Assembly (NCBI GenBank): GCA_036785375.1
Contig: JAWMAR010000051.1
Span: 1,426,001-1,490,000 of the forward strand
DNA from: Leucoraja ocellata
Taxonomy: Eukaryota
Length of the DNA: 64,000 nt
Direction of reading: 5' to 3'
In this document: positions 24,305-37,300 of the stretch, piece by piece
Position numbering within the stretch: position 1 is the first letter of the stretch
Layout: every line of letters begins with the position of its first letter
Made by a program: the position numbers and the translations under genes
Notes under the pieces: model-generated
Seen by the model: only the letters and a program-made list of their open reading frames with translations
What the model was told of the DNA's origin: nothing
The model's database searches: none

Positions 24305-24500
24305 GAAATTGCTGGAGTAACTCAGCAGGTCAGGCAGCACCTCTGGTGATGTTATGGTCGAGATCCGAGTCTGAAGAAGGGACTCGACCTGAAATGTCAC
24401 CTATTAATTTTCTCCAGAGATACTGCCTGACCCATTGAGTTACACGAGCATTTTGTATCTATCTTCGGTGTAAATCAGCATCTGCAGTTCCTTCCTACTA
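24305..24500 (+). mobile_element. PLE-derived fold-back mini-element
   Basis: TGCTGGAGTAACTCAGCAGGTCAGGCAGCA, then the hammerhead, then CTGCCTGACCCATTGAGTTAC, then the tail CAGCATCTGCAGTTCCTT. Confidence 0.8.
24368..24401 (+). ncRNA. Hammerhead motif in a PLE-derived fold-back element
   Basis: AGT-CTGAAGA-AGGGACTCGACCT-GAAA-TGTC-ACC; the catalytic boxes are retained. Confidence 0.55.
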
Positions 24501-27500
24501 CATATTTTAAAAAGTACCTCTAACTTAAGCTTACAACTTTGTATATTTCCATATTTTATTTGAATTATATATTACTTATGAGTGAGGTTATTTTGTAAAC
24601 GTGAATAAAAAAAACTATATCCAGATGGTGAAGTATGGTACAGAAACTTGTAGTTTGTACTCTTGGAAATGCAGCTAAGGGAATTCCAGGAAGCGGAAAG
24701 ATTTGGTTACCCTCTGTAAATGAAATCTTGCACTTTCCATCTTAAACATGTTTCTATAACGTGTCAGAAGTAACATCTCTTTCAAAATCTTCAACTGCAA
24801 CAGACGTTTAGATCAGGGACACGCAAATAAAATGATCTGTGAAATGTGGCCTGGGAGAGAAGGTGCTGGGCTCTGCTTGATTCCTAATTAATTGACTTTT
24901 TTAATTACTCGCATGCTATGCATTATTTGGAGCGCGTATGGAGTGCGGAATTAAATGTATTGTAGTGGTTAAAGAGTTATGTCTCATGATTAGCTGATAT
25001 GAAATGGGAAACCACAATTCACATTGCCAGTTTAAAGAAGCTAAATGATGCATCTATAAAGGTGATGTATAGTGTACTGATATAGTGCATACAAATGCAC
25101 TGCATTAACCCTGCAAATACTACATGGTCAGTTTCAGAAATCACTTTTTTATGAAAATCCTAAAATTAAATTACCATGGTATGCAAGACATAATAATAGC
25201 AAGTCGGGTTCTGAAATCCCTTTGCTGCCTTCTATAGTTCCATAGTGCCATAGCGCTGGTTTATCAAATCATCATGATTTGTGGGGATTTCTCTATAGTC
25301 AAATTAAGAAAGTTGCACAATACTTTTACCTTAAATATATGTAGATTGTTTTTCCTATTATTTTAGTATTATCATAGGGTTTAAATGGGGTGAAGGTTTT
25401 TGAATCTATTCCCCTGAACATACCCGTCACTTGATTTAGTGTTGAAGTTGTTAATAGCATCAAAAGCAGACCACCCACAGTCGACAAAGAGCTATTAACA
25501 TATCAAAATGGTAGGGTGCCTGAGACCTGTCACCTTTTTTTTTGCTATGTGACAATTGCATTGCCTGATGCACATGGAGATTATTTTATCAGTTGCTCAT
25601 AACAGTTGGGCAGCAATGTGTCTTCTGAGGGTAGGCTGAGTATTTGATGCTAGTGGGCTTCCTTGAATTCTCTCCACTTTCTAAATACAAGTGCATGTTG
25701 GCAGAGCCTTGGTTGCAGCATGAAACATTGTGTAAATTCATTGTGCCCTGGAAAGAAGCTTAGAGTCACTACTGCCCTCTATTGTCAGAAATGGAACGGC
25801 AGGACATTTTAACGACCAGTTTTAAAATTCCCCACGATGTTTCCTAGCACAACGTTCCTGGAATGCCTGCTGCTGTTTTTTCCCTGAAATAAAAAAAACA
25901 ATAGTGCTCATAATGCCTTTGACCAAATAGTTCCTATTACTTTTCATCAATGAGATACAAAACATTTCAGAGCATCACATGAGACCTAATTATTGGTGAT
26001 CATTAAAAAGATGTATGGCTTACTTAGTCACCTGTTTAATAGCTACAAAGATTACAAGGTGTAGATCAAAATTTCTGATGACAACTCTGGCATTGCGAGT
26101 AAAATGGATATGAATACACATTTGCCGAATATACTGACATCCATCTGCAGACTCTTTCGAGAACTCTGTCATCAACAGAAACATTCCACAAATCCACTGG
26201 TTACAAAACAAGTTGAAAGTACTTTTCAAAAGCACAATTTTAGATATCAAGTCTTTTTTTTTGTGCAATGATAGCTTCCCAAAATGCTTCAAAATCCTGA
26301 TGAAATGACATCAAGAGAGTACCCAACATAATATTTTTCTTCCAATAATTTACTGCACAAGGATAAAATGTAAGGAACAAAATGTTTAAAATACATAATT
26401 TGCCATTTGAAATACCTCGGTATTTTTTCAATGGTCGGGTAATGTTCACACGTGCAGTGGGTGGAAGTGATCTAAATCTTTGTACATGTATATCAGTCTT
26501 AACATGAGGTGTGCTTAAATTGATTCTCAAGCTTAAATGCCTTTGATCTTGCAAAGGTAAAAACAGTTAGTAAATGCTCTTCAAAATGTAAATTTACATA
26601 GCCTTTAATATTTTTCTTGCTTGGTTGCAATGATCTACAGTATATCACCAAGTTAAAATATTTTTCTGAATTGCATTGCATCGCACTGAATACTTTGCAT
26701 TAATTTTACAGAGAACCATGAGCACCTATGAATAGTTCTGTGTCTATTCTAATCCACAGTAAGGATGGCTGCAGGAGATTTACAAGACAAAGCATTGTAT
26801 TTACATCCATTGGAATGAAATTTAGTTTTATTTGAGCGATTATTGTATCTAGTTAATGCTTTGCTCCGTGTTAGGTTTTTGAATGTATGCATCAGTAGGG
26901 CACAGGAGCAAAGAAGCGAAGTTAATTTTTTCAAGGAACATTCAGTACATTACCTGTTATGATGACTTTGCCATTAATGGAACAATCAAAATTAATCTGA
27001 ATAAATTTAGAAATTAATAACCTATGAACACCAGAGAAATATCATATTTGTAGAATTTGCAATCCACTTCACGGTATAAATGAGTATTCTGGATGCTTGG
27101 GTGTAATAATGATACTGATATCATACCACGCTGATTACATTTGGAAAAATAAAATGCAAGGAAATGCCAACAGATTTCTGAAATCTTGTGTTTAGAGATC
27201 TTGTAAAGGTGGCTGGATCCCTGGTTTGGAAAGTTACGTGAAATGCTGCATTGTTTTATGTGGTAAATTGCACTGTTTCTGTGGCATTGTGTTAAAATGC
27301 ATTGTGACCACCTCCCTGCCACCACCTCCCCATTCCCATAAAGGAGTTGTTCTGAGCGCAAAAGACATTGCTGTGGTCAGTGGGCTACTTTCATTGTAGC
27401 TCTGTTGATCGGTGTTTTGTGTGCACAGGCTTTGTGAAGCATTCTGTATACAAATACACAGCACGTTGCGAGCGCTTTCATCCATGCTTATTGCCAAACA

Positions 27501-29579
27501 TTGGGTTAATGTAAAGTTTGTGTTCAGAAAGGATGCGGAATTCTGATGCTGACAAGCGCAAAGCGGTTGAGTCTAAGACGAGGCAGATTTTTGCAGGTTC
27601 TGTTTGTACCTGTTGTGGTTAGTTGATTCAACCCCACCGAAAATCAGGATTCGACACAAATAAATGTGAAATGGGTCGGGCTGGTCAATACCATATGATC
27701 AAGGCCATTGCACATGATAACATTTCTTCTAAGCAACAAATCATAGACAAAATGGATTGAGGTGTGTACTGTCAGTACAAAATATAACGATATCACGGGG
27801 CGGTCATGTGCGATTGATGGAGCTAGGTGCACTGTTGTTCCTCCTGTTTGTAGCCAGCAAGGATTAAATAAAACTTGTCCTTAACTGTGTAACGGCTCTT
27901 TAAAGGGAAGGGTCTGAAGCAGATAATGTTTCTATTTAAAATGTTCTCTTGGGTGATTTGAAAGTCAAAGGGGCTGGATGCAGTCATGTGGCATTTTATC
28001 TAAAGAAGCATAATGTGGTTGAGGAAGAATGTGTTTCTGAACTGTGGAAAGGACTATGCTTATACTGATTATTAAATGCTAAGATCTCCTAATAATATAG
28101 ATTTAATGTGTGCCATTTTTGTGTGTTGGTGTGGGGGGTTGTGTGTGCGAGGTGAAATCCAATAATATTAATTTACTACATTTAATTTAGTAATTGGATA
28201 AGTTGAATTTAAATTATAAAATAAGGAAGTATGGAACCTCAAAACAATGATGTTTAATTTCTGAATTATTGTTTGTTAATCGTAGGTATTAGTTTAGTCG
28301 ACCCCACCAGTAGTCTTTGATAGCATAATAAATATACATAGGCATTTTTTAAATTAAGATTAGAGCCAATACAATTAGAAATTGATGAAATCCACAAATG
28401 TACTTGAAGCTGGTTGGCAGCCATTCGATAATTAGGTGGAATTTTTGTTGTTGTTAAATATATTCAACGTGTCCTGACTGATTACCAGACCTTTAGGAAA
28501 CCCTTTCAGGAAAGCAACTGCCTGCAACACTGTGCCTGCTGAATGGTTAATTTAACATCAGAAGCAATTCTGAGACAGCCTTGTTTTTGGACACTAAAAA
28601 GGGTTTACATTGGGTTAACGGAATGCAGAGGGACAGCCAGCTGTTGGAGCTCACTTTATTTGAAGGAGACCATGATTGGAGGAGCTGTATTTCAGAACAG
28701 TTCCTGCAATGGCTTTGACTACGCCGGTTAGCCTTTCCACAATTGCTTCGAGCCACATTGTCGTATTGCTCTGTAGCAGGCAATTCATGTCAACACAGTA
28801 AAGATATCGGTGCTTGCACAAGGGAAGCATTTGTCATCATACTTCTGGAGCATCCAGAGTTTTCAAATTGGGTATGAAGACGTGAAACGCTCTGATGAGT
28901 TTTTCTATCATCGTCATTCCTGAACTCTCAGCTTCGTGCTAAATTTGCAAGTGGCATTTAAAAAAAAAAAAAGCTGTCAGCGTGCAACACTTCAGCAAAA
29001 TGAAATAATATGTAAGACCTATTATCCAATACAAACTTAAATTTCAGAGGTAAAAATCTCAAGCCTTCCCTTCAAAATGACCTAAAATTTAGATTTTACT
29101 CTATTATATTATGTTTAATACATTTCTAAAAAGTGTTTGACTTTAAAATATTTAACCGAGTCACATGAATCTTCTCATAGGAAAGGCCATTCAGTTCAAA
29201 CAGGAATAAAAATGCGATTGCGTTTTATAAAATAAATAATGCTAAATAGAAATTGCCATTGTACTTTCAGCGATAAAATATATAAAATGGTATAGAGAAA
29301 CTGAGGCAAAGTAATGATCGAAACTTGTAAAATTATTTGTCAGCTCAAGCTGTCATTTTCACAGAAACTTTTGCAGCGGTATATGAGCAAGGTCCCTTTA
29401 AGTTTTCATTTTCGCAGTGCTTTAAGTCTAATAAAAATTGTGCTTTAAATGCTGTACAACGTATATGGTTGTGGAATTTTGTCTCCCTCCTCCCACTTTA
29501 CTGATTTCCCGCCTACTGTACCTGCATTGCTTCCCTTAGCCAGTGTAGGAATTGTCCTGTCTGCAGTGCTTTGCTCTGA

Positions 29580-29822
29580 GTGGCTACAATCCCACCAATG
29601 CGAAGACTGGTGAGGTCGGGGATTGCATATGTAAAGACCTGCTTCATATTAATAAGCTCCAATCGGGACTTTAAGACCTTGATTAGGAGAGTGCGAGCTT
29701 GGTCCCAGCTGGCTTTGCCTATAGGCTGTCACCAGAGAACATTTGTGTTAATTGTGCCACTCTGTCAGGGAACTTTGATTTATTGCCAGGAGTGTGGACT
29801 CGAATAATGGTGCTGAGCGCAC
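29580..29822 (+). promoter_or_regulatory. ESRRG: ESRRG proximal promoter and 5'UTR of the first coding exon
   Basis: CCAAT at 29595 and 29659, near-palindromic POU-type TTGCATATGTAA at 29623-29634, TATA-like TATTAATAA at 29647. The stretch AAGCTCCAATCGGG...GATTAGGAGAG...GAGAACATTTGTGTTAATTG...AATAATGG resembles the human ESRRG 5'UTR as I recall it (not aligned here). Confidence 0.7.
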
Positions 29823-29851
29823 ATGGATTTTGTAGAACTTTGTCTCCCTGA
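29807..29851 (+). other. Upstream ORF (14 codons plus stop) overlapping the long-isoform ATG out of frame
   Basis: ATAATGG at 29804-29810 has -3A and +4G. Reads MVLSAHGFCRTLSP* with TGA at 29849-29851. Starts 16 nt before the main ATG. Confidence 0.7.
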
Positions 29852-29878
29852 ATCTTTTTCTCTCCGCTACAACGAAGA
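29823..29878 (+). CDS. ESRRG: ESRRG first coding exon (N-terminal extension of the long isoform)
   Basis: ATG at 29823 reads MDFVELCLPESFSLRYNE plus GA, then donor GTAGGT at 29879. It resembles the ERRgamma N-terminus MDSVELCLPESFSLHYEEE and joins in phase 2 to G-CTT-CTC-TGC-AGA-ATG at 52641, giving E-L-L-C-R-M. Too short for the ORF track. Confidence 0.95.
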
Positions 29879-32800
29879 GTAGGTACCCTTTTCTTTCCAT
29901 TACGGGCTTTTTTTTTGTTTTACAGGGCTACTGGGGATTTGTTGTATATGTGTCTGTCCCTGTGTGTCTGTGCTGCCTGCTTGCATGTTTTGTGCCAGGA
30001 TTATGTCCTACTCTTCTGTGTAACGGATGTTCTCTGAATTATCTCCAGATTCCCAGAAGCAGTCTACTGTTACTGCATATTGTGCTGCTATTTGTAATGT
30101 AGCCAAAGATGTGAAAAAGCCATCGGAATGGACAAGGTCTCTGCTGTGTGTATGTGTCTGTGAGTGTGTCTGTGCCTGCGTGTATGTGTTTGTGTGAGTG
30201 AGAGAGAAACAGATATTACCTTTTTTTTAAATGATGTTTTATTTTATTCTCAAAGCAAATTACTGTGAATGTCTTTTATAATGCACTTGATGTAGTTGCA
30301 TCCAAATGAAATTTGTACAACATAGCTTTTGTTACTGATTTTAAGCAGAGATTTTTTTTTAACAGGCAGCTTGCCGCAAACGAGGAAAGGGAGAATAAAA
30401 TCTAGCTGACAACTTGTATCAAGTTCTCTCACTTTTCATTGTACTATTTAAACGATTGTCCCTTTAAATGATCGCCCCTGTTCAAGGAGCAACAGGCAAG
30501 GGCTATGGGAAGAACGTCACAAACCTGTATGAAAATACCTTCACATCTTGAAATGCTTCAAATAGAGTTTTCTCCCGCTGTTCGGCAGGTTTTGCATATT
30601 TGCACGGAGCTTTAAATATTGCAAGAGGTCAGATGCTCCGTTTGAAAGATGCAAGATGTACTGTATGACAACCTTGTATTCAAAGGGAAGAGGCTATTTA
30701 GTATGTTCATTTGAATGCTTTTTGCTGCACCTCTTTTGTTGTCAGAGCCTCCAGTGATATAGTAATTAACCTGCAGTAAAAATAAAACCCATGCGACTCC
30801 TGATTTCATTCCCACACAATAAGCTTTTTTTTAAAAATAAATTTATTCCCTGGCTTTGTGGTCGCTATAAATTACAAAGATTAGAATGCTACAAATGATA
30901 TTTTAATTGGCGAGACTGTGGCAAAAAGCAATATATTTTTGATCTGCTCGGAATGTGTATCTGTGCCTATGGTTAAGCTCTCTGGAGGAAATAGGCGATT
31001 ACAGTGGAGCAGTTTGTGCAGTATTATCTCTTTTACATTCACTCGCCTTGTATTAAATTGTCATTGTCCTAAACCAAGAAAGAAATGAATTGCAGCTTTC
31101 AATACTGCCAGACAGTGAAATATTTACCCTCTTGTGTCCCCAATCATACTTCACGCGTGTTTGATGGCGTGACTCTGACACCAACAATCTTGCCGGTTTG
31201 ATGCTCACTTACAGCTTCTTCCTTTGCTTTCACCTCCCCGGACTTTACGCCACAGTAAAAAAAAAGTGACGCGTCAGATTCCCAACATTACTTTCTCTGC
31301 TTTGTTTCCTTTGAAGTGCCTGTTTGTTCTTCAAGGGGGACTCATCTCAGATGGAAGCAAAATATAAATTCATAAAACGCCACATTAAAGGGTGGTGGAG
31401 CGGCCGGATTCAGATCTTGCTGGACAAAATGGCCTTCTCTTAAATGACCACTGTAGGCGTGAGCCAGGCGCAGTTGTTCATTGCAGTGGCTGCTTTACTG
31501 TACCCATATGGAGCTATGTAATTGGCTTCAGATTGTATTAGTCAGTAGAGCCTTACAGATCAGCACTGTCAGGTTTTAACATTAGTATGAATGACACCTG
31601 TCCAATCAATCATGTGGCCAGAGCTCTACAGATGGAATGGGTCTTGCCTGCTTAAAAATGCTACTAAATCATGGCACATACTTGTCTTATTTCATATTGT
31701 TATCCTTTCTGGAAATCAAGAGAAAATATTCACTCCACACTTATGGACAGCGCTCAGTCTTAAAGTGCGTGTATGGAGATGGGTGGGTGCTTTGTAGATA
31801 GCTGGCGTAATGGCAAGTGCTATAATTGGCTTTACTGTGTTAAACTAATCCCAGCAGGTTAGACAGATAAGAGATTTCAGAACAAGTATATGTCCAGTTT
31901 CACTTGAGGCCCAGAGCTGCGGCTGACCAATTGTCCAGTCTGCAAATTCTCAAGCAGATAAATTAAAGGGTAATTTTATACCCTCCTACTGCTCAGGGTT
32001 CGTCTTACTAGTTAGTCTTTTCTTCGGTTATGCTGCCTCTTCATGCATTATTCTTTGGCTCGGAAATTACCTTTCTCTATTTTAAATATTCTTGTGCAGG
32101 ATTTTAAAACGATCATCAGAAATTCTGAAATTAGCAATAACATCCAGTTTTTAATGTCCATTTCAAAAATATAAGTAAAGCATGCGTTAAATGGCTAACC
32201 GAGTAAAGGCTTCTGAGTTAATTAATTGTGGCTGCATTTCTATTTGTAATACTTTTTTACATCACGATGTGGCCTCAGATAACATAGAAAATGTTTTTAA
32301 CTGTTGTAATTGTTCTGTTCAGCTACTCGGTAGAACGATGAGGGCTTTGAAATGTTGATATATTTTGAATAGGCACGAGCAGTCATTACTGGAGGCAGCT
32401 TGTTACCCAGTGTGAATAAAATGCCAAGTTTTACATCAGTGAAACTCAATGATTCATACTTTGGATTTCAAATCAAACAGCGGTAAGCCATGCTGTGGCA
32501 TCTCAATGTTTAGATTTTTTCTCTCCTTGCGACAGTGTTGGATAATTCAACCGAGGAGACCTTAGTAAAATGACTACCTTTTCCCGAAGTCGATTTAGTG
32601 CAGCTATTTCATTTTCATTCAGGCTGCTTTAGGCAAGCAAGCAATCTAGAGGGTTAGTTTTTTCAATTTGTTACAGTAAGAATATTGAAGAACACATTTT
32701 TAAGCACTGGATTTATTTTTATACACCCTCAAAAAAGTTTAAAAGTTATTTCAAACAGTTAAAGGCTATTTTATTTTTAAAGATTTTTTTGGTAAAGATT

Positions 32801-33320
32801 TTGCATGTAAACCCCTTATCAGTTAGAGTAATTCAATAACGCCTCAGCTGGTTGCTGCTGCTGAACTCCAGGATAGTCCCTGGAGATTTTGTAATTAATA
32901 TATGGACCTTTTTGTCAAGTTCTTTTTCTAAATTCCTCAGCTCCTGCTTGGTTAGGAAGCCAGAATTAAATTTTATATTGAGCAAATGTAATCTTCGATT
33001 CTAGCCACATTAGACTAGTCTATGGCTATATTTTGTTAGCACGTTTTAAAGGAACAAGAACCACTTCAGCGATCTTTATTCTCTTTAATCAGCATCATAA
33101 ATTGCAATTTAGTCCCTTCTATGTGCCTCAAATTTGTCCTGACAGAATGATGCTGGTGTTCAAGAGCATGTCACCAAAACCCAATGCGCCGAGCACTGAT
33201 AAAGGCAGACGCTAGTTAGCCCTGACAGAGTGCGGGAATGTTGCTATTCTGTGCCATAGGTTGCAACTTTCATCCTTGTGGATTACGGCAGGTCAACCCC
33301 TTATCTCTCTCCTTTTATTT

Positions 33321-33341
33321 CCCCCCCCCCCCCCCCCCCCC
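33321..33341. repeat. Poly-C run (21 nt)
   Basis: Directly visible. Confidence 0.9.
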
Positions 33342-33974
33342 TCTTTTCCTTTGAGATTGAGGATAGTAAGTCAAACCAGGTGAGGTTGTTTGTGTGCATG
33401 ATACTGGTCACTCCCTAAAACAAAACAGTTTGGTTAATATCTAGTCATCAGCTGGTGTGCACAATGCAAAAAACAGGCTCATTCCAGAAAACTGTTGGCA
33501 ACCCAAACAGACCAAACCAAAGCTTGAAGTCGTCTTCCGCTGGGTTGGGTTTATTTTCTAAACAAAGAACAGAGTGCCGTCGAGAGCTCTGCACCCTTCC
33601 AGTTAATGAACACATAGTCCAAAAATTCTTCTTATTTTTTTTTGTTTCTGAATTGTTGTTTGAATCTTTCAAGTTTTCCACAGTGGTAAAGTTGTATTAC
33701 CAAACCAAAGTGGACTTGAATTTATGAATTTGGTTGCCTGTATATGTTTTTTAAGGTGCTCTTTGTTCATTTGGATTGTAGACGTCGTTCCCATTGCGAA
33801 GCCATACTATAACTTACGTGTCAGGTGACTTTAAAAACCAAATGTTATAACAGAGGGGTGAATACCATGCGCATTGCAGTCCCAAATGGACATGAGCCTT
33901 GATTTTTGTAATGCCAAGATGGGACGTTGGAAGATTTAGCTCCTTTAAACCATTTCATATTGAATTCTGTAATT

Positions 33975-34340
33975 GAAGCATACAGCATAGAGACAGCCCC
34001 TTCAGTTTGTCCAAGTTGACCCTGTTGATGAGCCAAACTAGTCACACTTGCTTTGGCCTGCCTCATATCCCTCCAGTCCTTTCCTATCTATGTACTGGTC
34101 TGAGTATCTTTTAAATGCCATAATTGTAGCCGCCTCTACCACTTCCTCTGGCAGCTCATTCCACGTACGGACCACAATCCATGTGAAAAGTTTGCCCCTA
34201 GGGTTCTTTTCAAATCGTTCCCCTCTCACCTCAAACATATGCCCTCAAGTTTTTTGACTCCCTTACCCTGGGAGAAAAAGCTGTGGCTGTTCACCTCATC
34301 TACACTCTTCATAATGTTATAAACCTCTACAAGATCATCG
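33975..34340 (-). mobile_element. CR1-type LINE 3' fragment
   Basis: The minus-strand ORF contains TWNELPEEVVEAATIMAFKRY. Confidence 0.85.
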
Positions 34341-37300
34341 CACGGCACTTTTTTAAATATTGGGAACAAGTGGATGCTTTGGTTGACTCCCTCACCAGTA
34401 CAACACTCAGAGAACAGCCTCCATTCAACCCAGCATGCAAAATGCAATTTGCAGCCTACAGTATAACTTTAGCCTAACCAGCTGTACTTCATATTTCACA
34501 GTCACTGATCTAAGACTGACAATTAAATACAACTTTTGAGAGAAAAAACTAAGGGAACCAGAGCACATCTATTTAAATTTGGAGGACAAAGTTATTTTTA
34601 AACAACGCTTCGAGATTCATAATAAGGAAGGGAATTAGATTACTATTGATGGGTGACTTACACCGTCTAAGACTTCACATTCTGTAGAGATATGTGAGAA
34701 AACAGAGGTACCAATTCAAGCATGTGCATATGAGTTTACTAAGGTGCAGCTAAATCTCAGTTTTGAGAAGTTGTGCCCATTTACAGGTGTTCACTGCCTC
34801 CATGTGTCTCTGCTCCCATCTTTCCCCCAGTAACTAGACCTTAAATCATTTTAGCCGGTGTTTAAATTTAAAGCCTATTTATTAAGGTTAGCTATCATTC
34901 TATTCCTGGAGATAATCATATTTTGTTACTCAGCCATCCCTTGACAAAATAGGACAGTATTGTAGGTCTTTTGTGAACACACGGTTTTCAAGACGAAGTG
35001 GACGATTCCATAAATAAGCTGCGGAATTTCAGATGAAAATTGGTTTCTGCTGGATTGATGCTAATATACCTGGAAGGAAGCTAGTTCGTGCTGAAGCATC
35101 CAGCGTCAGACAGGGCTGTGTGCCATCTGTCCCACCTGCTGCATAGTTAGTCCATCTGGTTATTCAGAATGTGCTTTGTGGGTTTTACCGGAGCAGCTTC
35201 AGTGCCAATAGGCAAGCAAGCAGAGTAAATTATTTAAGCAGCCAATGTAAACTGAAAGCTCTCACCCTGGATGCTGGGGATTGTGTTAAATGCTTGAAAG
35301 CTTCTATTTGCATATAGATTTAGATACTGTATATAGATCATAGAGGAGATAGCAACCAAATTATCTTTATCTAGATTGTTACAGGACATTTTTTCTTGTC
35401 TGTGCCAGGCAAGAATATGAATATTTCTGGAATGTTTTTGTTTGTGGTTTGCGAGGAAGATGAAGGTAAAATATTTGCAGGGTTGTAGCCCCTTTAGTAG
35501 AGCACTGAGCATTAGCAAATATGCTTGAACCTCTTTAGAACATCAAGACTACATTTTATTATTCCCTGTCATCAACTTACTTGCTAAGCAGTCTTTGCAA
35601 ATCTGATATGGGATTTCAAATGAAAAAAACACAAATGGAAAACATAGAACTAAAAGAGGGGAATAAATCAAACAAGGATTTTAAAGACAGCAGATCTATC
35701 TAGCCCATGTGTTTGTTTTCCAGGTAGTGCGCAGAAAAATGCAAAGCAGAGTATTTGAAACACTTTAATTTTTTATTATTGGTTAAAAGATCTATTTTGA
35801 ATTTCACCAAAAAACAGCTGTGTTTCCCATCAATTTGAATGGATATTTATTGTTGAAAGCTAACCAGGTAAGGCATGGCGGTCATTTAGTTTTATCAATT
35901 ATAATATCAGCCACATAAAATAACACTACCTCTGAATACTTTAACAAAAACTACTTTTGATATTTTTATTACTTTGCAGGACGGAGGAAGATAGAAACTT
36001 TACCTTTTAAGAGATAAGGATGTCAAAGTTCTTGTCCTGACTCACTTACAAAATAATTTCAAACCAAGAGAGTGCATGTAAAATTACATTTCTGCATAAC
36101 TTTTACTAAACTTCCATGGATTTTTAAAGACACATTGAATTGTCAGCAGTATCAGTCTTGTAATGGGATCCAAGAATGCAAACTGTCCGATCTCTGAGAC
36201 TTGCTTATTTTGGACCTGAAATTTGTAGAGCGAATCACCAATAAGTTTAATATTTCTGATATAGGTAGAGTTGATGCTTCAACTGACCCCTCAAAAGGAG
36301 AAACTGATAATCCCTTGAGAAAGCACCAACCGTTTGTTCTTGAATGTTGTTTCTCAGAGGTTGGTTACCCCGTTGAGGAAAATTAAAAACTGCTTTAGGA
36401 TGACTAAAAACTGCCCAAGCTAATATGAGGCTGCCACAATTCAGGGGTAGATTGTGAATTCAGAGATCTCTTTATTTTTGATACTAGTAGAGAGCATAAT
36501 GTCGATACTCCGCTTCAAGCCAAATTAAAATATGTTGTGCCACTGTAATGGAACCTTACACACCACTAGAGGCTGCTAGCTCATTTTTGTGTCACTAACT
36601 AGTAATGACTTAATTGGAACACCCATCACGGCTTGTTGGTCAAGTTTGCTGGGCTGAGATGCCCAGTGGGTCACATGTCCATAGGATCTGGCTTCATTCA
36701 GCACCATGCTCAAGTTGCCATTCTTCATTCAGAAGCCTAAGTGTGGTGGGCTAATTAACCACGAGAGGCGACACACTCATCCAAATCTGGACCTTACTAA
36801 CACCACAATTGTTCCAGTTCCTCAGTTGCATCCACATCAACATTTTGCCTCTTAGCCTTAAATAACCAAGACCAATTGCCTTGTCGCAGATACTGTTCTG
36901 GTAGAAAACAGAACTAGTAAAGCACTTCACAATGAATGCAAGTAGTTTAGGAGATTATAATTCAAGCATTAACTGAAAAATAAAACGTGAAATGCTATAA
37001 AACGATGTATGCAGATTTTCTAAGGTTCAACAAAACATCTGAATGGATTCATGAATATTCATAAAAATGGGGAACAATGCAAGTACAATAATTCTCCGTG
37101 TAAGCTGATCAAAGGGGAGAAATGTTAGTTTAAGTGCTCGGTTCAAATGTTCCTCGAGAACAATCTGCCATATCGTTATCGTTAAAACCAATTTGACCGT
37201 ATTGTTATTTTACGGTTGTAACAATTGGCACGCAGTGTAGTTTGGGAGTGTAGAGCACACTCTATCAACGGATTGAACAATCTAATACACAGATGAACCA

